Under the pieces are notes generated by a model that saw only the letters and a program-made list of their open reading frames with translations, searched no databases and was not told where the DNA came from. A program made the position numbers and the translations under genes. Source: Octopus vulgaris (Eukaryota). Taken from it: a stretch of 64,000 nucleotides of DNA. Every line of letters begins with the position of its first letter. The stretch's first letter is position 1. This document shows, piece after piece, positions 38,740 through 51,902 of the stretch. The stretch is from positions 93,124,001 through 93,188,000 of the forward strand of contig OX597814.1 in the NCBI GenBank assembly GCA_951406725.2. The letters are read 5' to 3'.

Positions 38740-39086
38740 GAAAAAAGTCACAGGTAAAAAAGTCGCAGGAAAAAAAAGTCACGGAAAAAAGAAGTCACAG
38801 GAAAAAAAGTCACATGTAATACCATCATATATAAATAGAGTTGTCTATGTGCAAGTCATATCGTGTCAGTTAATAACTTATTTAAAATATTTTCTGTTTT
38901 ATTACTTCAATTGTTTATGGTACTTAAATAAATTGTGACTGACTTGAATATTTTTGTTGCTTACCTGACTTTCTTTCCTCGACAAAATAGTGACCTTTTT
39001 CTGTAATTTTTTTCCTATGACTTTTTTACCAGCCACCATATATTAACTGTAACTTTTTTTTTCCTGTGACATTATTACTGGCCACG
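38740..39086. mobile_element. Fold-back/Mutator-like MITE with AAAAAAGTCACAGG subterminal repeats
   Basis: Tandem AAAAAAGTC(A/G)C(A)GG at left and inverted TGACTTTTT / CCTGTGAC at right. Confidence 0.6.
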
Positions 39087-39303
39087 GTAGATACAGAGAT
39101 GTATTTTGGAAGCTTTTGATCGTAAAAGTCAACGTAAATGAATAATTGCTTCTTGATAGGTTTTACGTAATGTTTGACAGGCATCTGTTGGCGAATTTGG
39201 TCTTATGTTTCTAATATATATAATTTTAGTGTCACGGTACCGTAAACTTGAGATATAGGATTATCATACTATAATAAAGACACCCTCACCGTCTCTATGC
39301 CTG

Positions 39304-39971
39304 CTATTACTCTCACCCCAGTATGAGCAATAGCAAAAGTATCAATGAATAGTGAGAGAGAGGAGGATCAAAGTGTGACATACTGACATACAGAAATTAG
39401 TTTTCGTATTTATTATCTTAGATGTATGTATAAAATGTTGGAAGTAGTGTACAGATATTGAATATTGAGAAAAGAGGAGGTCGCCAGAACTTTGGGAAAA
39501 GAATTTTTTTATTGAGCCATTGTTATTAACGCTTCCGTTCGTCTTCGAACTTGTTAAGTAAAATTGTGAATGTGCAAAGTTTGTTCAGGGATTTCTTTTC
39601 AATTTGTAATGTTTTTTGCCATTGTATAGCTACTGGCATGAAACATGAGTTCAAAGAAGGTGACCACTTTTAGGATGGGCACACGCCCACTCTGTCTCTC
39701 TCGCTTATAATTACTCCCACTGCCACCATCAACACTATTACTTTTAATAAAACATCATCAACTCTCCGTAAATTTCTTTGTCTCTCTTCCTTACCCTCTC
39801 TTTTACTTTCTGTCTGTCTGTCCATCTTCACCACCACCCCACTGTCTTAATGCCAACTATTACTCTCACCCCAGTATGAGCAATAGTAGAAGTGTCAATG
39901 AATAGTGAGAGAGGGGGTCAAAGTGTGACACACTGACACACAAATTTGTTTTCGCATTTATTATATTAGAT
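39304..39971 (-). mobile_element. Two duplicated Helitron-like 5' ends (39304-39423 and 39857-39971)
   Basis: About 115-bp duplicate; reverse complement starts A|TCTAA(G/T)ATAATAAAT(A/G)CGAAAAC. Confidence 0.5.
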
Positions 39972-40206
39972 ATATATATATATATGTTTGTGTGTATGTG
40001 TTTGTTCCTCTACCACCGCTTGACAACCGATGCTGGTGTGTTTACGTTCCCCGTAACTTAACAGTTCGGAAAAAGATATCGATAGAATAAGTACTAGGCT
40101 TACAAATAATAAGTCCTGGGGTCGTATTGTTCGACTAAAGGCGGTGCTCCAGCATGGCTGCAGTCAAATGACAGAAACATGTAAAAGTGTAAAAGAATAT
40201 ATATAT

Positions 40207-40428
40207 ACAGTGGCAGCCAAAATGTTCAGAACGGCATTGTTTTCGTCAGAAAAGTAGATATAATTTTTTATCAAAATTGTTTTATATTCTATAATTTACA
40301 CACACAATAAAAACGATATTATTTGTTATTGCCTGAGATTTTGGTGTAATTTGAGAGCATAATACAAAAGTTATGGATGATTTAGTGATTTACTGCAAAA
40401 CAAGTGCCCGTCTTTCGTTTGTCCACTC

Positions 40429-40430
<2 letters not shown>
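40207..40430. mobile_element. Tc1-like MITE remnant
   Basis: TA-CAGTGG start, imperfect inverted end CCACTCA-TA. Confidence 0.45.
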
Positions 40431-40482
<52 letters not shown>

Positions 40483-40484
<2 letters not shown>

Positions 40485-40652
40485 GCACAGGAGGGGCTGT
40501 GTGGTAAGTAGCTTGCTTACCACCCACATGGTTCCGAGTTCAGTCCCACAGCGTGGCACCTTGGGCAAGTGTCTTCTACTATAGCCTCGGGCCGACCAAA
40601 GCCTTGCGAGTGGATTTGGTAGACGGAAACTGAAAGAAGCCCGTCGTATATA

Positions 40653-40729
<77 letters not shown>

Positions 40730-40953
40730 ATGTGTGTGTGTGTGTGTTTGTGTGTCTGTGTTTGTCCCCCTAGCATTGCTTGACAACCGATGCTGGTGTG
40801 TTTATGTCCCCGTTACTTAGCGGTTCGGCAAAAGATACCGATAGAATAAGTACTGGGCTTACAAAAAGAATAAGTCCCGGGGTCGAGTTGCTCGATTAAA
40901 GGCGGTGCTCCAGCATGGCCGCAGTCAAATGATTGAAACAAGTAAAAGAGTAA
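40483..40953 (+). mobile_element. SINE family B
   Basis: Full copy. Confidence 0.9.
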
Positions 40954-41223
40954 ATATATATATATACATACATATATATATATATATATATTTCAACAAT
41001 TGAGGGTAAAATTAATTAGCTATTAATCAATTTCACCAAGTATTCAGTATGTAAAGGGACCATTTAAGGCAAATTCAAAATATTACATTGTATAAAAGGG
41101 CTTAGTAAAATAAAATAAATTACTTTGCCACATACTGAACTCATTAGAAATAGCAGCCAAAAAAAAGATTTTTTAGCCATTTCCAATACTTAAAGAAAAT
41201 TTCTCTCAGATAGTGTTTACTCA

Positions 41224-41299
<76 letters not shown>

Positions 41300-41318
41300 T
41301 ATATACAAACATACATAT

Positions 41319-41385
<67 letters not shown>

Positions 41386-41566
41386 ATGTATGTACATGTA
41401 TATACATATATATATGTAATTGAGATTCAGTTGAATGAAGTAATTAAGTTGAAACACCAAGTCAGTTCTGTGATATTGCATTACTACTTAATATCTTATT
41501 GCATATATATATGTATGTGTATATATATACATATATACACATATATATATATATATATATACATAT

Positions 41567-41659
<93 letters not shown>

Positions 41660-42030
41660 TGCATGTATTCGTTGTTTTCTTTAACCGAAGTCTCATTGAA
41701 AAATAAGATAGGAGGAGGGAACCAGTTTATTTGAAATATATTTTTATAAAATAGTTATGCAGTTTCTTTTGTGTGTATTTTATTAGAAATCAATAGAGTG
41801 CGAAAATAAACCCGGTCAAGATTGTCAATGAGTAATCAGTCAAATTTGCCACGTAAATGTAGCCTGAGAAATTTCAGCCAATCAAGTGACGAATAATCCA
41901 AACACGTGATTTTTCTTCTTTTTTTTTTTCTGTTCTGACATACACGCAAGTATATGCTTCACACTCCCACTAACACGCTTACACATGGTTGCATGTGTCC
42001 AATTGCATAGGTGAATGTGTGTGTGTATGT

Positions 42031-42079
<49 letters not shown>

Positions 42080-42183
42080 TGTGTGTGTGTGCGCGTGCGT
42101 GTTTGGATTATCAGTCAGGAAGTTCACGAGTCCTTTCGTCTTATCTTCCCCAGCTGAATCCGTTGCAATACACACACACAGTA

Positions 42184-42226
<43 letters not shown>

Positions 42227-42334
42227 TATGTGTGTATACACATATATATATATATATATACACACATACACACACACACACACACACATTCACCTATGCA
42301 ATTAGACACATGCAACCATATATATATATATATA

Positions 42335-42602
42335 TGTGGAGGCGCAATGGCCTAGTGGTTAGGGCAGCGGACTCGCGGTCGTAGGATCGCGGTTTCGATT
42401 CCCAGACCGGGCGTTGTGAGTGTTTATTGAGCGAAAACACCTAAAAGCTCCACTCGTTCTCCCACTCCCACTCTTTCTTCTGTTGGCCTGCTCGCTTAGC
42501 CAACGGGGTGGCGTCATTCGAAGGCTAAAAACATTGCGAATGCATTGTGACCAGCGATGTGTAAACAACATCTGATGGTCTGGTCGGTCACGTGATCACG
42601 TG
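42335..42602 (+). mobile_element. tRNA-derived SINE family D
   Basis: GGAGGCGCAATGGCCTAGTGGTTAGGGCAGCGGACTCG...GGTTTCGATTCCCAG tRNA-like head. Confidence 0.85.
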
Positions 42603-42949
42603 ATATATATATATATATACGTACATACATATATATATACGTATTTATGTATACGTGAGTCGTCTAAGAGAGCATATGTCAGGGAAAAGATGCACTTGTA
42701 TATGGGTCAGTAGAGTGGATATATTATCCGTAAAGAATAACATTAAATATCCATCTCGGCTGATCTTATCGTGTAAAGAATACAATATATCCGCGACGGA
42801 GCCAACTGGGGGTGAGGGGTGGAGGAGACTGCGAGCCGAAAGGATTCATGAACCATTTTTTCTGTCCTCGCGGGATACTTATACGGCGTCTTCGACGAGA
42901 GAGTCCGTCATGCATACATACATACATACATACATTCTTCTTGCGCCCT

Positions 42950-43243
42950 TTTCAAGCCTAGCCAGGCTCATGGGCCCGGTTTCCCGGTTTCTGTGGCGTA
43001 TGTGTTCCTCCCAGCTGGACAGGACGCCAGTCCATCGCAGCGTTACTCTGGAAAGCAGAAGAAAGACTGAGAGAAAGTTGGGGCGAAAGAGTACAACAAG
43101 GCTCGCCCTCCTCCCCTGCCGGAGCCTCGTGGAGCTTTAGGTGTTTTCGCTCAATAAACACACAACGCCCGATCTGGGAATCGAAACCGCGATCCTCCGA
43201 TCACGAGTCCGCTGCTCTAACCACTGGGCCATTGCGCCTCCAC
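42950..43243 (-). mobile_element. SINE family D variant (same head, different tail)
   Basis: Reverse complement of the 42335 head through CACCTAAAGCTCCAC. Confidence 0.85.
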
Positions 43244-43443
43244 ACATACATACATACATACATACATACATACATACATACATACATACATACATACATG
43301 CATGCATGCATATATACCCTGTTATTAGTGTTGAAATTCCAATGAAGGAAGTCTTGAATCTAGGTTAGAAACTGGCCCTTTCTCTCCTGGCGAGAAATCT
43401 TGAGATAAAACTGAACAATGACATACATATATATTCCCCTATA

Positions 43444-43825
43444 TCTTTACTTATTTTAGTCATTCGACTGCGGTCATGCTGGAGCTCTGCCTTGAAGGGT
43501 TTTAGTCGAGTAAATCGACTGCATGACTTATTTTTTAAACCTAGTACTTATTTCATCGGTCTCTTTTGCTGAACCGCTTAGTTACAGGGACGTAGCACCG
43601 GTTGTCAAGCGGTGATGGGGGAAGCACAGAGAGTAAGACGCAAACACATTGATATATATATATATATATGAAGGGCTTCTTTCAGTTTCCCTCTACCAAA
43701 TACATTCGCAAGGCTTTGGTCAGTCTGAGGCTATAGTATAAGACATTCGCCCAAGTTACCAATCAGTGGGACTGAACCCGGGACCATATTGTTGGGAAGC
43801 AAGATTCTTGCCACACAACCCATCG
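43444..43825 (-). mobile_element. SINE family B, degenerate
   Basis: Reverse-complement similarity. Confidence 0.8.
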
Positions 43826-44689
43826 TTTCCACTTGTGCCTTTTTTGATTTTAGGTTCGTTTTTTTTGGGGGGGGGGGGGGGAAGTGGGGTTGTTAAAGAA
43901 ATTAATGAAAAAATTTAATTTCAGCTTCCGTCGACTTATCCGACTTTACGTGGGTCTCAGAACACATACTAAAAGCATAAAAAGGAAATAAACAACACAA
44001 AAAAGCTCGAAACGAATACTGAAGTGGAAAATCAAATAAACTACATGTGAAAATTTGTATAAACCAATTATTAAAACAGATAAAAAGTAAATAAATTTTT
44101 CAAAATGTCTTTCCGCGTTACGTCGTTTTCTCGTGTTAAGTCGCATATCATTGAACCAAATGCCGTCGTAAGTTGAGGTGTTCTTGTTTGTTTGTTTGTG
44201 TGTGCGCGCGCGCGTGTGTGTGCGTGCTTGTGTGCGTGTGTGTGTGTGTGTGTACGAATATATATATTTTATCTTTTACTTGTTTTATTCAGTAGACTGC
44301 GACCATGTTGGAGCACCGCCTTGAAAAATTTCCGATTTATGTATGCTGTGGCTCCTTGTAAAATAATAAAATACTATGGGACCCAGCGCAAAGATTTGCC
44401 TACAAGCCTATTATGCTGCTAGCGGGGCTCTGCTTGGGATGGGTTGGGGTGGGGGCGACGCTGGTTTAGGGGTCCTATACTAATCTAGGTATGTGCTTTG
44501 CAATCAATAAAAATGCTATAGGCCCTTATATATTACTTTGCCTGGGGGTTTATAATGCTGAGAAGATGTGGATGTCCCTTGCACGAGGGAGATTGTCATT
44601 TAGCCCATGTCAATTGTGACTGAATAGTCCTTTGATCTTCAGGCTTTTTAGCCATCACCACGTTTTGTATAATCTATATCTACATTGTT

Positions 44690-45411
44690 GACGGAATTCT
44701 GGTTTAAGTATCCCATATAATTCCTCATGATATTTTTATTTTTTAGAATTTGCAGAAAAGTTTTGCGAATTTGTTTTCTCCACACAAGAATTCATACGAT
44801 TATATATATAAAAAAATGTAATTTTTTTATCCAACCCCATAAATCCTAAAGTTTTCACACTTTTTCGATTTTTTAAATATCTGTTTCTTTATTACCCACA
44901 AGGTAATACCTACAGAGAGGACAAACAAGGACAGACAAACAGATTAAGTCGATTACATCGACCCCAGTGCGTAACTGGTACTTAATTTATCGACCCCGAA
45001 AGGATGAAAGGCAAAGCCGACCTCGACGGAGTTTGAACTCAGAACGTAACGGCAGACGAAATACGGCAACGCATTTCGCCCGGTGTGCTAACATTTCTGC
45101 CAGCTCAGTCCGAATCTTTTGCTTAAATCCCAGCAATGGATCATCCTTGGGTGCATCATCATTCCATTAAATGTGTTTTGGGGAAGAAAATATTGAAAGA
45201 ACATCAATACATGTCAAAGTGACAAAGAAAGGAGGTATCAGGTTGTAGAAACAACAACTGAATCGCCCTTGAATTATACACATTTTTTTTTTTTGCACAA
45301 TCGTATGAATTCCCGTGTGTAGAAGTCAAATTCGCAAAAATTTTCTGAAAATTGCAAAAAATAAGAAATGTTACGAGAGGTTTTATGGGGTGCTTAAACC
45401 AGAATTCCGCC
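44690..45411. mobile_element. Merlin-type MITE with long TIRs, containing a SINE A insertion (44884-45106 -)
   Basis: G(A/G)CGGAATTCTGGTTTAAG TIRs extending about 130 bp; 8-bp TSD ACATTGTT/ACATTGGT. Confidence 0.75.
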
Positions 45412-45586
45412 ACATTGGTTAGTTAAGGTGTGCTTGTTTGTTTGTGTGTGTGTGTGCGCGTGCGTGCGTGATTGCTTGTGTATCTGTATGTGTGTGTGTG
45501 TGTACGAATATACATAGTTTATCTTTTACTTGTTTTATTCAGTAGACTGCGACCATGCTGGAGCACCGTCTTGAAAAATTTCCGAT

Positions 45587-45990
45587 TTACTCTTTCATAC
45601 TCTTTCACTTGTTTCAGTCATTTGATTGCGGCCATGCTGGAGCACCGCCTTTAATCGAGCAACTCGACCCCGGGACTTATTCTTTGTAAGCCCAGTACTT
45701 ATTCTATCGGTTAATTTTGCCGAACCGCTAAGTGACGGAGACATAAACACACTAGCATCGGTTGTCAAGCAATGCTGGGGGATAAACACAGACACACAAA
45801 CACACATACATACATATATATATACTTATACATATATACGACGGGATTCTTTCAGTTTCCGTCTACCAAATCCACTCACAAGGCTTTGGTCGGCCCGAGG
45901 CTATAGTAGAAGACACTTGCCCAAGGTGCCACGCAGTGGGACTGAACCCGGAACCATGTGGTTGGTAAGCAAGCTACTTACCACACAGCT
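45587..45990 (-). mobile_element. SINE family B
   Basis: Full reverse-complement copy. Confidence 0.9.
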
Positions 45991-47025
45991 ATATCTTTAA
46001 AGATAATAAAACTTGGTTAAAGAGTAAAGATCCCCCTTCAGTCATGAATGATCATGGGATTGCACTCAGAAAGTTACTCTCCGAGGCACAAGTCCGAGCA
46101 AGGTTGTTTATGGAAGACCAGCATTCGCTCATGCATACCAGCTTCGCCTCTCTGCGTCACTGATGTTATCCAAGGGAAAGGCAAAGGCCGATGCAACTTG
46201 GTACCAGTGACGTTACAACTCATTTCTACAGCTGAGTGAATTGGAGCAACACAAAATAAAGTGTCTTGCTCAAGAACACAACACGCAGCCCGGTCCGGGG
46301 TTGAACCCACTACCTCATGAGAGTTTGGTATGATACATATATAGCAATTTCTACAGGGTGGAGTACAGAAATTCCTTCTTTTGCTTAAGAAGAGCTTGTA
46401 ATTAGCCTATGAGAAAACTTACAAAATCATTTACGTTTCAACACCCACAAACGTTTACTAATCATCAATGTTAGCTGCTTCTAATATATTGGTTTCAAAT
46501 GTTGGTACAAGGCCAGCACTTTAAGTTGACTACATCGATCTCATTGTTCAATTGGTACTTAATTTATCGACCCTGATATTGTGAAGAGCAAAAATCGACC
46601 TCGATGAAATTTAAACGCAAAGACGGTTGAAACGCCGCTAAGCATTTTGCCCGGTGTGCTATCAATTCTGCCAGCTCGCCACCATTGTTGCTTCTAATAT
46701 ACGATTGTATTTTAATTGTTACCTCGCTTTCTGTTTAATACTCTTTGAATTACAGTTTAAACTAGTGGTTCTTAACTTTTGTGCCTTCGTGATGTATCTG
46801 GAAGTCAATATTTCTGTGTGGCACCTTGGGCAAATGTCTTCAACTATAGACTATAACCTCCGACTGACTGATGCCTTGTGAGTAAACTTAGGAGATACAT
46901 ACATACATACATACATACATACATACATACATACATACATTGAAAATACAGGGATAACACATCCAGGCAGGTACCGTTCAAGCTATCTGATATAATCCAA
47001 GTCATGGCTAACAGCATCGAATGGT

Positions 47026-47218
47026 AAGAAACAACTTAGTACTATTCGAGGTAAAACAATCCTAACGTATTTCAAGAAACAACTTAGTACTATTCAAGGT
47101 AAAACAATCCTAACGTATTTCAAGAAACAACTTAGTACTATTCAAGGTAAAACAATCCTAACGTATTTCAAGAAACAACTTAGTACTATTCGAGGTAAAA
47201 CAATCCTAACGTATTTCA
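47026..47218. repeat. Minisatellite, 4 x 48 bp
   Basis: Unit AAGAAACAACTTAGTACTATTC(G/A)AGGTAAAACAATCCTAACGTATTTC. Confidence 0.97.
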
Positions 47219-47345
47219 TTCGATAAGTAAATCCAGGGGTTGCTTCTTTGGATTATAAATAGTTTACAGAGCTTATATCCAAGACAAATCAATGACTAAG
47301 GAGAATAATACTTCTACCTATTTTTCATAATTACTGTCAATTACA

Positions 47346-47516
47346 TAGGCGTATGAGTGGCTGTGTGATAAGTAGCTTGCTTACGAACCACATAGTTCCG
47401 AGTTCAGTCCCACTGCGTAGCACCTTGGGCAAGTGTCTTCTACTATAGCTTCGGGCCGACCAAAGCCTTGTGAGTGGATTTGGTAGACGGAAACTGAAAA
47501 GCCCGTCGTATATATG

Positions 47517-47584
<68 letters not shown>
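47346..47584 (+). mobile_element. SINE family B 5' half (3' half at 50658-50925)
   Basis: Head and core end in a CA/TA tract; the tail resumes after the Helitron block. Confidence 0.8.
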
Positions 47585-47585
<1 letters not shown>

Positions 47586-49290
47586 CTCTTATTATAAAAG
47601 GCAGATTTTATCTGCCTCCCTTTGGGAGTTATACAAATCTACAATATAGGATTTCTTCAATTACAATTTACCTAGCATTTTTAAGAGTACAATGCATCGC
47701 GTCATGCCAGGTCCAGTTTTTAAAATTTAAACTCCAATTAAGCAAAATTTACAGAAAACTCACATTCTGGTGTGTGTGTCAAATGCTTTTCTTAGTCTGG
47801 TTTACACCACACGCAAACGCACACACACAGTGTGCGACGAATAAAATGAAAGTAAATAGCGACAGAGTGATTTGAGGAAGACTAAAGTGAAAGTATTTAA
47901 ACCACTACTCAAAAAAATAAAAAAAACACAGCAAACAGAAACAAATAAATACACAATTTCTTCAATTAGAGTTTACCTAAGATTTTTCAGAGTACTTCAG
48001 TGGGTGATGCCATAAAAAATTTCTTTCAATTTTACCACCAATTAAGACAAAATTCGAGAAAACTCAATATTTTAACATATCACTCCGAAAGCATTGATGT
48101 ACATGTGTGCGTGCGTGAGTGTGTGTGTGTCATTCCTCACACACACGCATACACATACATATACAACTACATACAAACACGTGTGTGTTTGTTATTAGTA
48201 AAACAGGCGCCAAATCACAACTCACTTATCATTCCAATACATTTGCAAAGACACACGGACGGACAGAAAAGGTAAGTTGGTTTTTATTTTACTCATTTCC
48301 TATTGTGTTTTCAAAATTTGTAATTCTGACAAAAAATGGATACGAATTTCATTATATCAAGCAGCGAGTCAGAATTCGAAGGATTTTCTACTGAAGACCT
48401 TCATAAATCTAACTCTATGACTGAAAAAAAAAAGCATCTTTATATAAGAGTGAAGTTGTGTGTCTGTCTCCTACGATTTAGATTCCTAACTACTCCCACA
48501 TTTTGCGGTGCAGTTTAACCAAAAGCGGGTATCTTATAGTCGTGATTCATATCGAGCCCTTCTGGGTATTAGCGTGCGTCTACGATGAGTCTCCGATTTA
48601 AAAAAAATTTACCATCATATTTTTCCATTTTAATGCATTTTTTTCGCTTTTATATAAGGGAAGTAACTCTCTAAAAATATCTACGATGTGTCAACGATTT
48701 AAAAAAAATTTACCTTAATTTTTTTTCAATTTTTAATGCATTTTTTTGCTATATTTCGGCTATAACTCTCTAAAAATGCTTTATAGTTATTTCCCTTACA
48801 AACCCGAGCAACGCCGGGCGATAATGCTAGTCTTATTATAAAAGGCAGATTTTATCTGCCTCCCTTTGGGAGTTATACAAATCTACAATATAAGATTTCT
48901 TCAATTACAATTTACCTAGCATTTTTAACAGTACAATGCATCGCGTCATGCCAGGTCCAGTTTTTAAAATTTAAACTCCAATTAAGCAAAATTTACAGAA
49001 AAATCACATTCTGGTGTGTGTGTCAAATGCTTTTCTTAGTCTGGTTTACACCACACGCAAACGCACACACACAGTGGGCAACGAATAAAATGAAAGTAAA
49101 TAGCGACAGAGTGATTTGAGGAAGACTAAACTGAAAGTATTCTGTCTATGACGCTGATAGATACATGAGTAAAATGTATGGGAAGCTAAGAGCTAAGAGT
49201 GAGTGAAAATGTTCTTGGAAGAGAGTAAATAGCGAGAGAGAGAGAGTGATTTGACGAAGACTTTACATTAAATAACCGTAGTGGCTTGTG
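47585..49290 (+). mobile_element. Non-autonomous Helitron tandem: 47585-48830 (internal second 5' end at 48437), then head-to-tail copy from 48831
   Basis: 5' TC; 3' hairpin CCCGAGCAACGCCGGG plus CTAG at 48827-48830 fused directly to TCTTATTATAAAAGG; 47587-47900 nearly identical to 48831-49140. Confidence 0.85.
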
Positions 49291-49345
49291 TTAGTAATAA
49301 AGTAAACATACACTCATACATACATACATACATACATACCTACAT

Positions 49346-49380
<35 letters not shown>

Positions 49381-49639
49381 TACATACACACACACATACA
49401 TACATACACACATACATACATATACATACATACATACACACATACACACACACACACAGTATTGAAGCTTGAGAACAATCAGATACATTTGCAACACATC
49501 TGTTGAAAATATTATTGTTCACACACATACATATACATATATACATACAGACAGACAGACAGATAGACACACACACACACACATGATCCAGCATGGCCAC
49601 AACCTCAAGGCTGAAACATATAAAAGAATAACAGAATAT

Positions 49640-50000
49640 AAATGTATGCAAAGTACAAGAAATATTAATGCAGTATATGGGGATTGGACAATAAGCGTAA
49701 GGCAGTGTCAATGGTGGTTCCAGAAATCCCGAGCCATAAACTACAGCCTAGAAGACGAGCCTCATCCTGAAAGATCTGTAGAACTCGACAAGGACATCCT
49801 GAAAACCCTGGTGGAACAAAATCTCATCGTAACTGTTGAGGAACTAGCAGAGAAGCTTGGATTTGGTCATTCAACCATTCATTGAGACCTGTGTGCTATC
49901 GGAAAAGTCAGCAAATTGGGTCAATGGGTTCCTCACGAACTTTCCGAGTCTAATTGCATGCAGAGAGTGAATGTATGCTTTTCTTTGCTGTCACATCTCA
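49640..50000 (+). pseudogene. mariner transposase N-terminal (HTH) fragment
   Basis: STRNINAVYGDWTISVRQCQWWFQK...LEDEPHPERSVELD...TVEELAEKLG...KLGQWVPHELSE. Confidence 0.88.
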
Positions 50001-50020
50001 CCACTACTGCGCTATGTATA

Positions 50021-50655
50021 TCTATATATATAAAACTGTAGTTGTGTGAGTGTCTGTCCCCTTCGATTTAGATTCCTAACTACTCCCACATTTTTGCGGT
50101 GCAGTTTAACCAAATTCGGGTAGCTTATAGTCGTGATTCATATCGAGCCCGTCTGAATATTAGCGCGCGTCTACGATGAGTCTACGATTTTAAAAATAAT
50201 TTAACATCATTTTTTATTCCATTTTAATGCATAATTTTTCGTGTGTCGATGGCGGCGGAGTTGGCGTCCACGCTCACACCTGCACCTGTGGGGAAGGGAG
50301 TGTAAGGAAATCAACGTCGTAATGCGTTGTCAAGGAGACCAGTGTTCTTTTAGAACAACGACTTCATGGCTTGAAGACACCAAAACAGAAATGGCTAAGA
50401 AAGCGTCTACATGAGTCTACGATTTAAAAAAAAAATTACCATCGTTTTTTTTCCATTTTAATGCATTTTTTCGCTATTATATAAGGGAAGTAACTCTCTA
50501 AAAATGTCTACGATGAGTCAACGATTTAAAAAAAAATTTACCATCATATTTTTCCATTTTTAATGCATTTTTTGCTATTTTTTGGCTATAACTCTCTAAA
50601 AATGCTTATATAGTTATTTCCCTTACAAACCCGAGCAACGCCGGGCGATACTGCT

Positions 50656-50657
<2 letters not shown>
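50021..50657 (+). mobile_element. Non-autonomous Helitron
   Basis: A|TC...CCCGAGCAACGCCGGG...CTAG|T; homologous to 48437-48830. Confidence 0.88.
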
Positions 50658-50691
<34 letters not shown>

Positions 50692-50924
50692 AGTATATGT
50701 TTGTGTGTCTGTGTTTGTCCCCCAACATCGCTGACAACCGATGCTGGTGTGTTTACGTCCCCGTAACTTAGCAGTTCGGCAACAGATCGATAGAATAAGT
50801 ACTAGGTTTCCAAAGAATAAGTCCTGGGGTCGATTTGCTCGACTAAAGGCGGTGCTCCAGCATGGCCACAGTCACATGACTGAAACTAGTAAAAGAGTAA
50901 AATAGTAAAAGAGAGTAAAGAGTA

Positions 50925-51070
50925 TATTTAATTTAAATCTTCTCGACACATGTTTCTGTTACATGGATAATTTGGAATGTGGTTTTCATTTGCATTAGAA
51001 TCAAAACCACATTGTTAGGTATCCATGCAGTAGAAACATGTGACGAACAAATTTAAATGTTTAAATTAAA
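50925..51070. repeat. Imperfect hairpin of about 140 bp, likely a MITE remnant
   Basis: CACATGTTTCT/AGAAACATGTG, CATGGATA/TATCCATG, AATGTGGTTTT/AAAACCACATT. Confidence 0.7.
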
Positions 51071-51902
51071 CATAGAGTATAACTGACTGTAATAAAAATA
51101 TGTGTAACTGTATCATTCTTCTTATTCATTGAATTGTCTTTTATATACATGTTGAGCACTCATTTTCATCGTTCGACATTTACGTACGTACGTATGTATG
51201 TATGTATGTATGTATGTATGTATGTATGTATGTATGTATGTATGTATGTATGTATGTATGTATTAACGTAGCACTCCGTCGGTTACGACGATGAGGATTC
51301 CAGTTGATTCAATCAACGAAACAGCCTGCTCATGAAATTAACGTGCAAGTGGCTGAGCATTCCACAGACACGTGTACCCTTAACGTAAGTATGGGGACTA
51401 GGAAAAAAAATAGAAACTGCATTCCAATCTATGCACCCGTTTCCACATGTGTGTCATTTTTCATGCACAACTCGCCTGACTCAGCCATCTGCCGTCCAAT
51501 TGCTCTTACATTTAACGTTTTAAAGTTAACAATGAGTCATTAACAATAAAGTTCTACAACACCATTATTCTCTCACTCTCTCTCTCTCTCTCTCCCTCTC
51601 TTTAACTCCATCTCTCCTGGGTGATCCACAGTACGGCTTCCGCAAAACCGGATTTACAGGCGACCAGTTTTCTAATGTCACTCACTAGTGGGCTGTTGCT
51701 TCAGAGATGTTCAGTGAAAGCAATGTTATTGTCCATGACGTCAGAAAAGCCTTCCACCCTGTCTGGCATGCAATTTTCCCATCAGTACATCCACCTTTTG
51801 ATCAGCGCGCCCCGTTGTGACATGTGTTGATGGAGCTCTTTCTGTCCCAGTCTCAAACAACTCTGGTGTTCCTTAGGGCTCGGCTTCATCCTCGACTCTC
51901 TA

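Noticed and set aside
42335-42415. Functional tRNA gene
   Set aside because: The tRNA-like head runs into a SINE body and is repeated; no proper acceptor stem or terminator
47026-47218. CRISPR-like array
   Set aside because: Units are contiguous with no unique spacers; eukaryotic context and no cas genes
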